DNA of 64,000 bases from Candidatus Xenobia bacterium (GCA_045863235.1 BTUM01000002.1:189941-253940), one strand, 5' to 3'; positions 43,017-54,400 are shown, counted from the first letter of the stretch. Notes: generated by a model from the sequence alone, not told the origin. A program made the numbers and translations.

Positions 43017-43058
43017 AGTCTAGAAGATCGCTCCGGGAGCCTCGATGATCAAGGTCAC
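43017..43058 (-). promoter_or_regulatory. FNR/CRP-family class II promoter of the cheBR-kinase operon
   Basis: Box ATGAT-CAAG-GTCAC at 43045-43058, 22 bp from -10 TAGACT at 43017-43022 (minus strand); ATG at 43008. Confidence 0.55.
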
Positions 43059-43071
43059 CCGGGTCAGCGGG

Positions 43072-44184
43072 TCAGTGCTTGCCGGCCAGGGCGGGAGTCT
43101 TGCGCGCCTGATCGCCCAGCACCGGGTTCTTGAGCCGGCTGTAGTTTGCCACCGACCCGTAGAGGACTTGCAGCGGAAGGTGCAGCCGCGAGCCCCAGTC
43201 GGCCTCGCTGTGCGTGGCCTTCGGAAAGGCGAAGTGAATCAGATTGTGGCCCACCCTCCAACCGCGGCTGATGAGGGCCATCGCCATCCCGACCGTGGTC
43301 TCATAGTTGTCGCCGGGCCAGCCACTGTCGAGATAGAAACCAACATCCGGCGGCTCTTCGGTCAGCACGCGCTCGAGCAGGTCGTCCTTGAAGGAGAATG
43401 TGCTCGACATGCAGGCAGCCGAGCCGAAGGTCTCAGGATGCTCCCACACGGTGTAAAAGGAGACCACTCCGCCCAGCGAGGAGCCCCAGACCGAGCGGAA
43501 ACGACGATGATTGCGGACTCTGAGCTTGCTCTGGGCCACGGGCACGAGCTCTTCGACCAGCGAGCGAGCGTACTTCTTGTAGCCAGGCCTGGTGTACTCT
43601 TCCATCCGATCGCCCGAGTAGACCCCCACCAGGATGATGTCATCCACGGCTCCCATCGAGCGAAGCTGGGAATGAGTATCGTCGAAACCCCAATCCTGAC
43701 CCATGAAAGCTTCATCCGGGAAGAACAGGTTCTGGCCATCTTGCAGGAAAGCGACCGGATAATCAGCCAGAGTGTTCTCGTCGTAGCCGGGCGGCAAAAA
43801 GACGCGCAGACGGTGCTCACGCTTGAGAATCTTCGATTCGAAGGTGAGCAGCTTGGAGAATCGCCCGTACTCCGAGCCAAAGAAGAACGGGTGGCAGACA
43901 CGCCGGTCATCTTCAGTCATGATCAGCAGCTGGTTCTCCCCGACTGCCCAGTGTAGCTTCCCGGCCTTGTACAAGCACGGCTTGAAGTACAGGAATGGGT
44001 GGCGAGCCGAAACCTCGAAGGTGCTGACCTCGCCATTCGAGCTCACGGAGCTGGGCTCGATGTCCTTTTCCCAATCAAGCTCGGTGCGCAGGACGATCCT
44101 CTGGTCCGCTCCAGCCGGGTAAGCCACCTTCAGGGTTCGTTTGAGGAAATTTTTCGTGGTGTAAAGCTCTTTACCGGCTGGCAT
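43072..44184 (-). CDS. Alpha/beta hydrolase, putative esterase family
   Basis: VFLPPGY, LQDGQNLF, nucleophile WGSSLGG, HSEADWGSR. Confidence 0.85.
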   Translation of the reverse strand: MPAGKELYTTKNFLKRTLKVAYPAGADQRIVLRTELDWEKDIEPSSVSSNGEVSTFEVSARHPFLYFKPCLYKAGKLHWAVGENQLLIMTEDDRRVCHPFFFGSEYGRFSKLLTFESKILKREHRLRVFLPPGYDENTLADYPVAFLQDGQNLFFPDEAFMGQDWGFDDTHSQLRSMGAVDDIILVGVYSGDRMEEYTRPGYKKYARSLVEELVPVAQSKLRVRNHRRFRSVWGSSLGGVVSFYTVWEHPETFGSAACMSSTFSFKDDLLERVLTEEPPDVGFYLDSGWPGDNYETTVGMAMALISRGWRVGHNLIHFAFPKATHSEADWGSRLHLPLQVLYGSVANYSRLKNPVLGDQARKTPALAGKH

Positions 44185-44321
44185 GGCAGCCTCCTTTCGT
44201 GGCAGTGGGCTGGACGCAAACTGCCCTTCGTTGACGGTAGCGCGCGTCCTTCCAAAGGTCTCGCAGAACTGACAGCGAAAGGTGGGCCTTCCAGCACTCT
44301 CATGGAGGAAAATGCACGCCC

Positions 44322-45488
44322 ATGCTTACCGGATTACAGTTGATGACCCCGGCCGAACTGGTGGAAGTGGCAAAATTGACCGGGGTGAATCCGGAAGAGT
44401 CTCCCGAGACCATCCGTTCCCGCGTGGTAGCCTGGATCGCCGGGCGCATCCAGTGCTCCGACACGAACCCGGAAGGGGTCGAGCGGGCCGCCCTGGAGAA
44501 GATCGCTCGCGATTTCGGCTTGACGATCGAGTCCGGTCTCAGCACCGATGACCTGGAGCGCAACGTCCGCCTCAAGATCGCCACCGACGCGGTGGAGTAT
44601 CTCTCGCCAGCCTGGCGACTGGCCTGCGCCCTGGTAGCCATGGGACCGCCCGAGGCGGTGCCCGCCAAGCTCAAGCTGCTGCAGAAGGTCTCCAGCCTGG
44701 CCGTGCCCTCGTCCTCCACCTCCCAGCAACTGCTGCATGACTGGAATGCTCTGTGTCAGAAGCGACCGAACGAGGAGCAACTCCTGGAAGAGCTCAAGCC
44801 GGCCATCGCCGCTCTGCGCGAGGGAGCCTACCAGCACACCCCGGAGAAGGTGGAGAACGCGCTCACCCTGGCGCTGGTGATCAGCCTGGCCGACGGTCGC
44901 TTCTCGCTGGAGGAGGAGAGACTGTTCCGCAATCTCGGCGCCATGCTCGGCCGCGAGCCCCAGCACTGCGACGAGCTCCTCAAGCGGGTCAATAGCCTCT
45001 ACTGGAACCACCAGATGGAAGCCTCCCCCACGAATCCAACGGTCGCAGCCGATCTGGCCGAGGCCCAGCAGGCCGCACTGAAGGCCGCCGAGATGACGCT
45101 GGGGAGCATCGGCGCCCTGGAAGGCCTGGTGATGGTGGCCCGCGACAAGGTCATCGCCTCCCAGGGCGGGCCCACTGCCGAGCCAGCCTCTCTGCCCGCT
45201 CCCAAGTCGGGCTGGCAGAAGCTTTTCGGCTCGCTGAGCGGGATGAAGCAGTTCGTCCAAACCCGAGTGGCCACCGAGGACCAGACTCAGCTGGTGCGGC
45301 TGGTCTACCTGACCATCGTGCGCCAACACGTTCAGGCTCTGGCCGAGCGTGACGCCCGGGCCTTGGAAGCCGAGCAGATGGCGGCCCAGCAGCAAGCTGA
45401 GGCGGCCAGGAAAGCTCAGGCCCAGCCCGAGGCAGCCCCGGCCGCCGCCGCCGCAGCCCCGCGCCGAGCCATCAAGATGGATCCCTGA
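44322..45488 (+). CDS. Hypothetical protein with a TerB-like segment
   Basis: Coding-like ORF with GGAGG upstream; LADGRFSLEEERLFRNLGAMLG resembles TerB. Confidence 0.6.
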   Translation: MLTGLQLMTPAELVEVAKLTGVNPEESPETIRSRVVAWIAGRIQCSDTNPEGVERAALEKIARDFGLTIESGLSTDDLERNVRLKIATDAVEYLSPAWRLACALVAMGPPEAVPAKLKLLQKVSSLAVPSSSTSQQLLHDWNALCQKRPNEEQLLEELKPAIAALREGAYQHTPEKVENALTLALVISLADGRFSLEEERLFRNLGAMLGREPQHCDELLKRVNSLYWNHQMEASPTNPTVAADLAEAQQAALKAAEMTLGSIGALEGLVMVARDKVIASQGGPTAEPASLPAPKSGWQKLFGSLSGMKQFVQTRVATEDQTQLVRLVYLTIVRQHVQALAERDARALEAEQMAAQQQAEAARKAQAQPEAAPAAAAAAPRRAIKMDP

Positions 45489-46826
45489 TCAAACGCGCTC
45501 GCGCAACAGAACCAGCTCCTCGGCCAGGGTGGGATGAAGGGCGATGGTGGTATCGAAGTCGCGCTTGCTGGCTCCCGCCCGCAAGGCCACCCCCAGTACC
45601 TGGGCCAGCTCGGGGCCCTCGTTGGCCACGATGTGGCAGCCCACCACTCGGTCCGAAGCCCGCTCCACCACCAGCTTGAGCAGAACCTTCTCCTCGCCGC
45701 CGGCGATGGGAACCTTCATCGGCCGGAAAACGGTGCGATAGACGTCCACCTCGCCGTAACGCTCCCGAGCTTGAGCTTCGGTCAGGCCCACCGTGCCCAC
45801 GGCCGGCTGGCTGAAGACAGCCGTCGGCAAGACGTCGTACGGCACGGTGCTGGGGTTGTCGTTGAACAGCGTCTCGGCCAGCGCCCGCCCTTCGGCGATG
45901 GCCACCGGGGTCAGCTGGATGTGGCCGGTGCAGTCGCCCACGGCGTGGATGCTGGGGACGCTGGTCTGATAGAGGTGGTTGACCACGATCGAGCCATCTT
46001 CCCGCAGCTCGACCCCGGCCTCTTCCAGCCCCAGTCCCCGGGTGTAGGGCTCTCGGCCGCACGCGCACAAAACCGCATCGCATGGGACCGGCTCGGCCCC
46101 CTGGCTGTGGTAGACAAAGCCTTCGGGCGTCTTCTCCAGCCGAAGTGGCCTGGTCTCGGGCAGAATGCGGATGCCCTTACGGGTCATCTCCTGGTGCAGG
46201 TGCTCGCGCACGTCCTGATCGAAGCTCGGCAGTCCCAGCGGGCTGCGGAAGCCAAGCGTGACCTGACAGCCCAGCCCGCGGAAGATACCCGACATCTCCA
46301 TCCCGATGTAGCCGCTGCCCAGAACCATCACATGCCTGGGCAGCTTAGCCAGGTGGAAGACGTCATCCGAGACCAGAGCATGCTCGCAGCCCTCGAAGGG
46401 CACCCGCACCGGCCTCCCCCCCACGGCCACGAGAATGTGGCGAGCGCTGACCGTTTCCTCCCCTACTTTCACGGTGTTGGGCCCGGTCAGGGTGGCCCGG
46501 GTGGGATAGACGGCCACCTGGTTGTCGCTCAACAGCTTGCGATAGAACCCCTGGAGGCGAGAGAGCTCCTGGTGCAGCTTGGCGCGAAAGGTGGGCCAGT
46601 CGAACGAGCTTTCCACCCGGTATCCGTATCCCCGCGCCAGCTCGAGCTCGTAAGCCAGCTGCGAGGCATAGACCAGCAGCTTCTTGGGCACGCAGCCGCG
46701 GTTGACGCAGGTGCCCCCGAGATCCCACTCCTCGGCTACGGCCACCTTCGCGCCGTGGCTGGCCGCTCGCCGGGCCGAGGCCACCCCGCCCGAGCCGGCG
46801 CCGATTACGAAGAAGTCGTAGTCCAC
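45489..46826 (-). CDS. gorA: Glutathione-disulfide reductase
   Basis: GAGSGG, GGTCVNRGCVPKK, LTPVAIAEG and HPTLAEE motifs; start revised to the GTG at 46826. Confidence 0.92.
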   Translation of the reverse strand: MDYDFFVIGAGSGGVASARRAASHGAKVAVAEEWDLGGTCVNRGCVPKKLLVYASQLAYELELARGYGYRVESSFDWPTFRAKLHQELSRLQGFYRKLLSDNQVAVYPTRATLTGPNTVKVGEETVSARHILVAVGGRPVRVPFEGCEHALVSDDVFHLAKLPRHVMVLGSGYIGMEMSGIFRGLGCQVTLGFRSPLGLPSFDQDVREHLHQEMTRKGIRILPETRPLRLEKTPEGFVYHSQGAEPVPCDAVLCACGREPYTRGLGLEEAGVELREDGSIVVNHLYQTSVPSIHAVGDCTGHIQLTPVAIAEGRALAETLFNDNPSTVPYDVLPTAVFSQPAVGTVGLTEAQARERYGEVDVYRTVFRPMKVPIAGGEEKVLLKLVVERASDRVVGCHIVANEGPELAQVLGVALRAGASKRDFDTTIALHPTLAEELVLLRERV

Positions 46827-48712
46827 TTCCCCTCCCAGATGCGGATGGTCTTGTCGCCCGAGCCGGTGATCAGGAAGTTGCTGTCGGGCGTAAACAGGGC
46901 CACCCGGACCCAGGAGGTGTGGCCCTCGCATCGGCCAACCTCGCGGGCGCTGCCCACGTCCCAGATGCGGGCCGTCTTGTCGCCCGAGGCGGTGGCCAGA
47001 AAGCGCCCGTCGGGCGAGAAATTGACCGACCAGACGATGGCCCCGTGGCCGCGAAAACGGCGAATCTCGCGCTTTTCGAAAAAGACCCAGAGGCAGACGG
47101 TCTTGTCGTTGGAGCCGGAAGCCAGCAAGAGTCCGTTGGGCGAGAAGGCCAGCGCCGTCACCGGGCGGCGGTGGCCATCCAGCACGGTCAGTTGGCGACC
47201 CGAGGCCGAGTCCCAGATGCGGACCGTGGAATCATCCGCCCCCGTGGCCACGTAGCGCCCGTCCGGGCTGAAGGCCACGGCTCCCACCGGTCCCTGGTGA
47301 CCGACCAGCCGGGCCGCGATCTGCCACTGGGCGTTCCACAAGATCACAGTGGAATCGTTGGAGGCGGTCGCCAGCAAGCCGGTGGAGGAAAAGGCCATGG
47401 CTCGCACCGGGCTGGCGTGGCCGTCCAGGCAGCCCTGTTCGGTGCCGGTGGCAAAGTCCCAGACGCGCACCCAGCTTTCCTGGCCGGCCGAGGCCAGCAC
47501 GTCGCACTCGGGCGACATGGCCAGGGCCTGGATGCCGGTTCCGCTCTTGAGACTGCCAAAGGACTTGCGCCGGGGCAGGTCCCACAGGCGAATGAGGCTG
47601 TCGTCTCCGCCCGAGATCAGGAACTGACCGTCATTCACGAGCAACAGGCTGGTGACCGAGCGAGTATGGCCCTCCAGGCGGAATGCCTCCTTCAGGTTGA
47701 CGGCAATGGTGGGGTTCATGATCGAGAACTGGACGCCCTGCAGCGTTCCAGCCTGCTTGGCCCGGAAAGTCAGCTCTTCCACGAAGACTCGGACGCTGAC
47801 GGGCCGCTCGGCCATATCCAGGCTGAGGCCGCCCTCGATGCACTCGGCCACCTCGGGCGTAATCTCGGGCTGAAAGCTTTGAATCGGAGTCAGCACGGCC
47901 CCCTCGCGCCGACGCGGAGCATCGAAGGGGACCACGCCGGTCAAGACGTGGTACAGGGTGGCGGCCAGGCCGTAGACGTCGGTGCAAGGCTTCTCGGCCG
48001 CCCGGGGATCGTACTGCTCAGGTGCCGCGTAGCCGGGGGTGAGCGTGGTCTGGCCCACGGTCGTCTCCGGCTGCAGGTAGCGCCGGGCCGTGCCGAAATC
48101 GAGCAGGACCACCCGGCCTTCCTCGGTGACCAGGATGTTCTCGGGCTTGACGTCGCGGTGCAGCAGGCCACCGTTGTGAACCGTCTCCAGGGCCTCCCCC
48201 ACGCGCACGGCATAATAGAGCGCCTCGGGCTCGGAGAGCACGCCCCCGCGGGCGCTCATCAGGGCCAACAGCGTGTGGCCCTGAAGATACTCCATCACGA
48301 TGTAAGCCGAGTTGTTCTCCTCAAAGACCGCGTAGACTGCCACGATGCCGGGATGGTTGAAACGGCTCAGAACGTGGCCCTCATCGAGGAATCTCTCGCG
48401 CAGTTTCTCGAAGTCGGCTTCGGTCCAGGTTCCGGCCGGCACCACCTTACCGTCCTTGCGACGACAGCCGGCGGGATAGAACTCCTTGATGGCCACGGGG
48501 GCCTCCAGGTAGAGGTCGTAGCCCAGGTAGGTCAGGCTGAACCCGCCCTGGCCAAGCACCTGGGTGATGCTGTACTTGCCGCCCGCCACTACGTCGCCGT
48601 AGTTCAGAATATCGGCCTGCTGAGGAGCGCCCTGGACCTCGATACCGCAGGAAGCGCAGCGGTTGGTGGCCACGTGGGTTTCGAAGCCGCAATTGGAGCA
48701 GCGGAACTTCAT
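46805..48712 (-). CDS. Zn ribbon-Ser/Thr protein kinase-WD40 repeat protein
   Basis: CxxC...CxxC; GQGGF, VAIKE, HRDVKPEN, DFG, APE; about seven GH...WD repeats. Confidence 0.93.
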   Translation of the reverse strand: MKFRCSNCGFETHVATNRCASCGIEVQGAPQQADILNYGDVVAGGKYSITQVLGQGGFSLTYLGYDLYLEAPVAIKEFYPAGCRRKDGKVVPAGTWTEADFEKLRERFLDEGHVLSRFNHPGIVAVYAVFEENNSAYIVMEYLQGHTLLALMSARGGVLSEPEALYYAVRVGEALETVHNGGLLHRDVKPENILVTEEGRVVLLDFGTARRYLQPETTVGQTTLTPGYAAPEQYDPRAAEKPCTDVYGLAATLYHVLTGVVPFDAPRRREGAVLTPIQSFQPEITPEVAECIEGGLSLDMAERPVSVRVFVEELTFRAKQAGTLQGVQFSIMNPTIAVNLKEAFRLEGHTRSVTSLLLVNDGQFLISGGDDSLIRLWDLPRRKSFGSLKSGTGIQALAMSPECDVLASAGQESWVRVWDFATGTEQGCLDGHASPVRAMAFSSTGLLATASNDSTVILWNAQWQIAARLVGHQGPVGAVAFSPDGRYVATGADDSTVRIWDSASGRQLTVLDGHRRPVTALAFSPNGLLLASGSNDKTVCLWVFFEKREIRRFRGHGAIVWSVNFSPDGRFLATASGDKTARIWDVGSAREVGRCEGHTSWVRVALFTPDSNFLITGSGDKTIRIWEGKWTTTSS

Positions 48713-48865
48713 GCTGGCGCGCCCTGCGAGATCATGGGGCCAAATGCTTTGTCGCGGAGACCCGCCTTGCCTGCCGCCGGGATGTTAACATGTTGGAAAA
48801 TTCTTCAGCTCCCGGCCGGGCTACGCTGCTTGAATCGAAGTCATGACAGGAGAGTTGACGCAAAC

Positions 48866-49507
48866 GTGAGCGTTGTTCTGGATAAACACATCAGTCTGAT
48901 GCAAAGATTCGTGGTCCGCCCCACCGGCAAGGAAGATCTGTCCAACAGCACCCCCAAGGACAGCTATACCATGGGGGTCAACGACGGCTACGAGCCCTGG
49001 CCCAAAGACCCCAAGGACGATTTCGAGAAACAGAAGCGCATCGAGTGGCTGCGCGGCGAGATCGACCGCCTGCGCTACGTGATTTCAAACCATGAGTATA
49101 AGCGCAACGAGGCCGACCAGAAGATCTATGCGCTGGGTAACGAGCTTTACTCGCTGCGCACCGAGCTCGAGCAGGTCAACTACAACATCAGCGGCGTCAA
49201 CGGCTACGTCCGCGACCTGGAGAACAAAAAGCTCTATATCAAGCAGCAGCTCTACAACGGGCCGCCGAACGAGCGCGACTACTGGCGCAACGAGCTCGAC
49301 CGTGTCAACGAGGAGATCAGCCGGGCCCACAACAAGTTGCAGGAGCTGAACTGGCGGCGCAATGACATCAACGCCTCCATCCGGGACAAGAACTCCCAGC
49401 GCGAGGTGGCCATCCGCGAGAAGCACTACTACGAGGCCGAGATTCAGCGTGAGCGCTACAACCTCAAGGATCGCGAGGACGAGCTGCGCCGGCTGCAGGG
49501 CTGGTAG
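48866..49507 (+). CDS. Hypothetical coiled-coil protein
   Basis: 3' part of ORF 46919-49507; AGGAG upstream; strongly coding-like codon use; long heptad-like helices. Confidence 0.75.
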   Translation: MSVVLDKHISLMQRFVVRPTGKEDLSNSTPKDSYTMGVNDGYEPWPKDPKDDFEKQKRIEWLRGEIDRLRYVISNHEYKRNEADQKIYALGNELYSLRTELEQVNYNISGVNGYVRDLENKKLYIKQQLYNGPPNERDYWRNELDRVNEEISRAHNKLQELNWRRNDINASIRDKNSQREVAIREKHYYEAEIQRERYNLKDREDELRRLQGW

Positions 49508-49684
49508 GCGGCGTCGTTTCCTGTCTTCGATCCCGGTCCCGAGTCAGATAGATGGATGAACGCGCCCAGTTCTTGATCGGAACTGGGCGCTTCACTGCAG
49601 GTCCAGCCGCAGGCCGTGCAAGGAGGCGCAAAGGAGTGGGGCCCTGGCTCATTGAATCGCTGGATCAGGGTAGCCAGTAAGTCA

Positions 49685-51433
49685 ATGACCCGTCATCAAC
49701 AATGTCAACCGGACTACCGAGCGATTTTTGAGGGAGTCCCAGGACTCTACCTCATTCTGGATCCGGCCTTTCGCATCGTGGCCGCAAGCGATTCTTACCT
49801 GGCCGCAACCCTGACTCAACGAGAGGAGATCCTTGGACGGGAGATCTTTGAAGTCTTTCCCGACAACCCCGAAGACCCGACCGCAACCGGAGTCAAGAAC
49901 CTGCGAGCCTCGCTCGAACGGGCCCTGGGCGGCACCCCGGATGCCATGGCTGTGCAGAAATACGACATTCGGCAACCCGATGGAACGTTTGAGCAACGGT
50001 TCTGGAGCCCGATGAACAGCCCCATCATGCAATCGGGCACAGTAACCTACCTGGTCCACCGCGTGGAGGACGTCACCGAGTTCGTTCGGCTCAAGAAGCT
50101 GGAAAACCGCGCCGCCGAGTTCGAGTCGCGGGTCACCCAGATGGAGTCGGAGATCTTTGCCCGAGCCCAGCAGCTTCAAAGGGCCAATCAAGATCTGCGC
50201 CTCGCCAACGAAGAGCGCCGTCGCGCCGAGGAAGAGACCTGGCGCCTGACCCTCGAGCTCGAGAAACGGGTCGAGGCCCGCACCAATGAGCTGATGAGGG
50301 TCGAAGAGCAACTGCGCCAGTCCCAGAAGATGGAGGCCGTGGGCCGCCTCGCCGGGGGTATCGCGCATGACTTCAACAACCTGCTGGCAGTCATCCTTTG
50401 CTACAGCGACTTGCTCCTGGGCGAGCTACCAGACCGGGAGGAGCTCGAGGAGATCAAGCAAGCCGGTCAGCGGGCGGCCGAGCTGACAAGACAGCTCCTG
50501 GCCTACAGCCGCCAGCAGATTCTCCAGCCCAGGCTGCTCGACCTCAACTCGGCGGTGTCCGAGGTGGAGCGAATGCTCAAGCGCCTGCTGGACGCAGATG
50601 TCCGGCTGACCTGCAGGCTGTCTCCAGAGAAGGTGCCCATTCGGGCCGACCCCGGCCAGATCCATCAGGTCATCTTGAACCTGGCCATCAATGCGCGGGA
50701 CGCGCTGACGGAAGGAGGCATCCTTTCACTGGAGACCAGCTCCGTCGAGCTCGAGGAAGGCTCCCATGACCTGCAGCCGGGATTGTACTCGGTACTGACG
50801 GTGACCGATAATGGAGTGGGGATGGACCAGGACACGCTGTCCAAAATCTTCGAGCCGTTCTTCACCACCAAACCCACGGGAGTGGGCACCGGACTCGGAC
50901 TGGCAACCGTCTATGGCATCGTGCAGCAGAGCGGTGGCAGCATTCAGGTGACCAGCGAGGTGGGAGTGGGGACGACCTTCACAATCCTGTTTCCCCGGGC
51001 CATCCAGCCGGACCAGGTGGTCGACGAGCCGAGAGGATCCACCTTCCCGTCAGAGCCCGGCGGAGAGACGATCCTGGTGGTGGAGGACAACGATTCGGTT
51101 CGCCGCATTGCGACCCGGGTGCTCGAGGGCTTTGGTTACAAAGTTCTGGCCGCCCATGATCCCGATCAGGCCGAGACGATGTTCGAGCAGTTCGCCGACC
51201 AGATCGGTCTGGTGCTCACCGATCTGGTCATGCCGGGAGGGAGCGGCCCGAGCCTGGCCCGGCGCTTGACAGTGAGCAAGCCCGATCTCCGGGTGCTCTA
51301 CATGTCAGGTTATACCGACTCGTTTCGGGCCATGCGGGGCGGGCTCGAGCCCGGAATGAGGTTTCTGCAGAAGCCGTTCTTGCCGGCTGAGTTGATCGGC
51401 AAAGTACAGGAGGCATTCCGAGCTCCGCCCTGA
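49685..51433 (+). CDS. PAS-HisKA-HATPase-REC hybrid kinase (CckA-like)
   Basis: FEVFPDNP (PAS); [22 protein letters not shown]; receiver. The start is uncertain. Confidence 0.9.
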   Translation: MTRHQQCQPDYRAIFEGVPGLYLILDPAFRIVAASDSYLAATLTQREEILGREIFEVFPDNPEDPTATGVKNLRASLERALGGTPDAMAVQKYDIRQPDGTFEQRFWSPMNSPIMQSGTVTYLVHRVEDVTEFVRLKKLENRAAEFESRVTQMESEIFARAQQLQRANQDLRLANEERRRAEEETWRLTLELEKRVEARTNELMRVEEQLRQSQKMEAVGRLAGGIAHDFNNLLAVILCYSDLLLGELPDREELEEIKQAGQRAAELTRQLLAYSRQQILQPRLLDLNSAVSEVERMLKRLLDADVRLTCRLSPEKVPIRADPGQIHQVILNLAINARDALTEGGILSLETSSVELEEGSHDLQPGLYSVLTVTDNGVGMDQDTLSKIFEPFFTTKPTGVGTGLGLATVYGIVQQSGGSIQVTSEVGVGTTFTILFPRAIQPDQVVDEPRGSTFPSEPGGETILVVEDNDSVRRIATRVLEGFGYKVLAAHDPDQAETMFEQFADQIGLVLTDLVMPGGSGPSLARRLTVSKPDLRVLYMSGYTDSFRAMRGGLEPGMRFLQKPFLPAELIGKVQEAFRAPP

Positions 51434-51491
51434 CGGGACATCCGTTCCAGGACGAGCAAAGTCAGGACCCGGACTGGCAACCCCCTGAGGC

Positions 51492-54400
51492 TCACTGACC
51501 CAAGGCTCGCCTGGCGGCGACTTGCAGGGCCTCGGGCAGGTAAGGCTTGAGCAAGAGACTCAGGCGAGATCCCAGCCGCTGTGCCAGCATCGGGGGCAGC
51601 TCCGCTTCTCCCGTGGCGAACACGAAGAGCTTTCCCGGGTAGAGCCGCTCCACCTCCTGGCAGAGGGCGATGCCATCCATGCGGGGCATTCTCAAGTCGG
51701 TGATGATGAGGTCCACGTTTCCGTGCTGCTGCTCGAGCACCCTCAGGGCCTCTTCCCCATCACCGGCCACCAGCACCCGGTGGCCGTCTGCTGCCAATAT
51801 ACGCTCAGCCAGGCGGGACAGGCCCACCTCGTCCTCGACGAACAGCACGCGCGAGCCTCCACCCGAGCTGCGCCCGTCCAGCACCTCGCGCAGCTTCCGC
51901 AGCAGCACGTCGATCGTGAAGGGCTTGGGCACGAAGTGCACCACCCCTGCCTCTCGGGCTCGGACGACCAGATCATTGTGCGACAAACCGCTCGAGCCGA
52001 TGACCGGCAGGTCCGGGTCCTGAGCCAGGAGACGGGCGATCATGGCCGGCCCATCCATCACCGGCATGCTCATGTCGCTCACCACCAGGGCTACCTCCCG
52101 GCGGTGCCGCTCGAAAAGCTCCAGCCCCTCGGCTCCGTTGGCGGCCTGCAGCACCCGATACCCCGAGCCCTCCAGGGCCTTACTGGCCACCCGGCGCAGG
52201 TTCTCCTCGTCGTCCACCAGCAAGATCAGCTCTCCCGTGCCCTGGGGCAGAAGGGCCGGGCTTCCGGGCGGGGGGAGCTCGTCGCCCGAGGTGTCGGCCG
52301 GCAAGTAGACGCGGAAGCAGCTTCCCCGTCCGAGCTCACTGTAAACGTGGATGAACCCCCCATGGTTCTTCACGATGCTCAGGCTGGTCGGCAGCCCCAG
52401 GCCTGTGCCCTGACCCAGGTCTTTGGTGGTGAAGAAGGGCTCGAACAGCTTCTCCAGTGTTTCGGCAGCCATTCCCGTGCCCGTATCCTCAAGACTGAAG
52501 ACGACGTAAAGACCCGGCCTTGCTTCGGGGTGGCCGGCCAGGAAGGCTTCGTCCAACTCCATGTTCTCCAGGGTGGCGGACAGGCGGCCGCCGTCCGGCA
52601 TGGCGTCCCGGGCATTGAGGTAGAGGTTCATCAGCACCTGGTGCAACTGGGTGGCGTCGGCCCGGACCGGCCACAGATCAGACACCGCTCTGTGCTCGAG
52701 CTCGATGTTTCTGGGAAAGGCATCGCGGGCGATGTGGCAGACGTCCTCGAGCACCCTTCGGAGGTCGACCAGGTCGCGATGGCCGTCCGTGCCGCGCGCG
52801 ATGCCGACGATCTGCCTCACCAGGTCGGCGCCGCGCTGAGCGCTGCTGTGGAGCGTCTCGACCAGAGCCAGGGCGTCCGCGCCCTGAGCCTGCTCTTTGA
52901 GCATGGCGATGGCCATCAGGATGGGCGAGAGAATGTTGTTCAGGTCGTGAGCGATACCGCTGGCCAGAGTGCCGATGCTCTCCAGTCGCTGGGCGCGCAA
53001 GAACTGTTGCTCGATGCGCCTTTTTTCGGTGATGTCGGCGTTGATCGCAAGAATGGAAAGGGGCTCGCCGGATGAGCTCTTAAGCACAGTCCAGCGAGCC
53101 AGCACCGTCAGCTTCGAGCCGTCTCGGGCCCGTTGCTCGAGTTCGCCGCTCCACAGGCCTTGCTCCAACAAGAGCGCCGTTGCATTCTCCAGGGGGGTCG
53201 GGTCAGAGTAGAGAAGCTCGGCTACCGGACGGCCCGTCACTTCGGCTGCCGTCCAGCCATACATCTCCTCGGCCCGCCGGTTCCAAAACAAAACACGGTT
53301 GTCTAGCGAGCGCACGATAATGGCGTCGCTGGCCTGATCGATCAAAGCCGCCTGCTCCCGCAGGCGAAGCTCGGTCTCCTTGCGCTCGCTCAGGTCGGTC
53401 ATCCCCCCGACCATGCGCACCGGCTCGCCGCGGCTCGTCCTGATGATGTGACCCCGGTCGAGAATGTAAGCATAGCTGCCGTCCTGGCGCCGGAAACGAT
53501 ACTCTCCCGACCAGGACTCGCCGCCTTCCATAGCCGCGTGGATGGAGTCGACCACCGCCTCGCGGTCCTCGGGATGGATGCGGCTGGTCCAGGACTCGAC
53601 GGTGGGCTCGACCTCCTCTCGACGGTAGCCGAAGAGGGACTCAAAGCCTTCGTTCCACCAGAGCCTCTGCGTCTCCAGGTCCCAGTCATAGATAGCGTCG
53701 TTTGTGGCCCGGGAGAGTAGTCGAAAGCGCTCCTCACTGGCCTGCAAGCTGAGCTCGAACGTCTTGCGCTCGGTGATGTCACGCACCGTGCCAACAATGC
53801 GCTCGATGCTGCCCTGCGTGTCCTGTACCGGGTAAGACGAAGCCAACACCCAGCGCACTTCACCATCGGGCCGCAGAACCCGAAACTCGAGCTCGAAAGC
53901 CCGCCCCTGAAAGGCCTGCGTCAAAGTGGCCTCGGCCAGAGGGCGGTCGGGCTCGAGCACGGCCTCCAGAAAGGAGAAGGGGTCCTCGTAAAGACTCTGA
54001 CAGGTTCTCCCCCACACCCTCTCGTAGGCCGAGCTGACAAAGGTAAATCTCTGGTCTTCCGGATTCAGCACGAAGAAGACATCGCGAATGTGCTCGGATA
54101 GCTCGCGAAAGCGACGCTCGCTCTCTTCCAGGCGTCGGTGGCCCTCGCGCTTTTCGTTGACGTCGCTGAAATAGACTGCCAGGCCATCCTCGGAGGGGTA
54201 GGCCCGAACCGAGAACCAGGTTTGCAGCGGAGGGAAGAACTCCTCGAGCTCGACCATCACTCCCTGCTGAACCGCCTTGCGGTAGGCTTGCTCGAAGGCT
54301 GAGCCCACCGCCTCCGGGAACTCGTCCCAGAGATTGCGCCCCAGCAGCTCCTGCCGCGAGCGCAGAAGCAGTCGCTCCGCTTCTCGATTGAGATACTGGA

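Noticed and set aside
44185..44321. Hairpin and possible riboswitch or FNR promoter upstream of the esterase
   Set aside because: Only a short GGCAGT/ACTGCC stem is present, with no riboswitch consensus and no FNR-like box at the 22-bp spacing from the TACCGT hexamer
46919..48865. N-terminal two thirds of the 862-aa plus-strand ORF
   Set aside because: It is the antisense shadow of the kinase-WD40 gene; only the part from about 48866 looks coding
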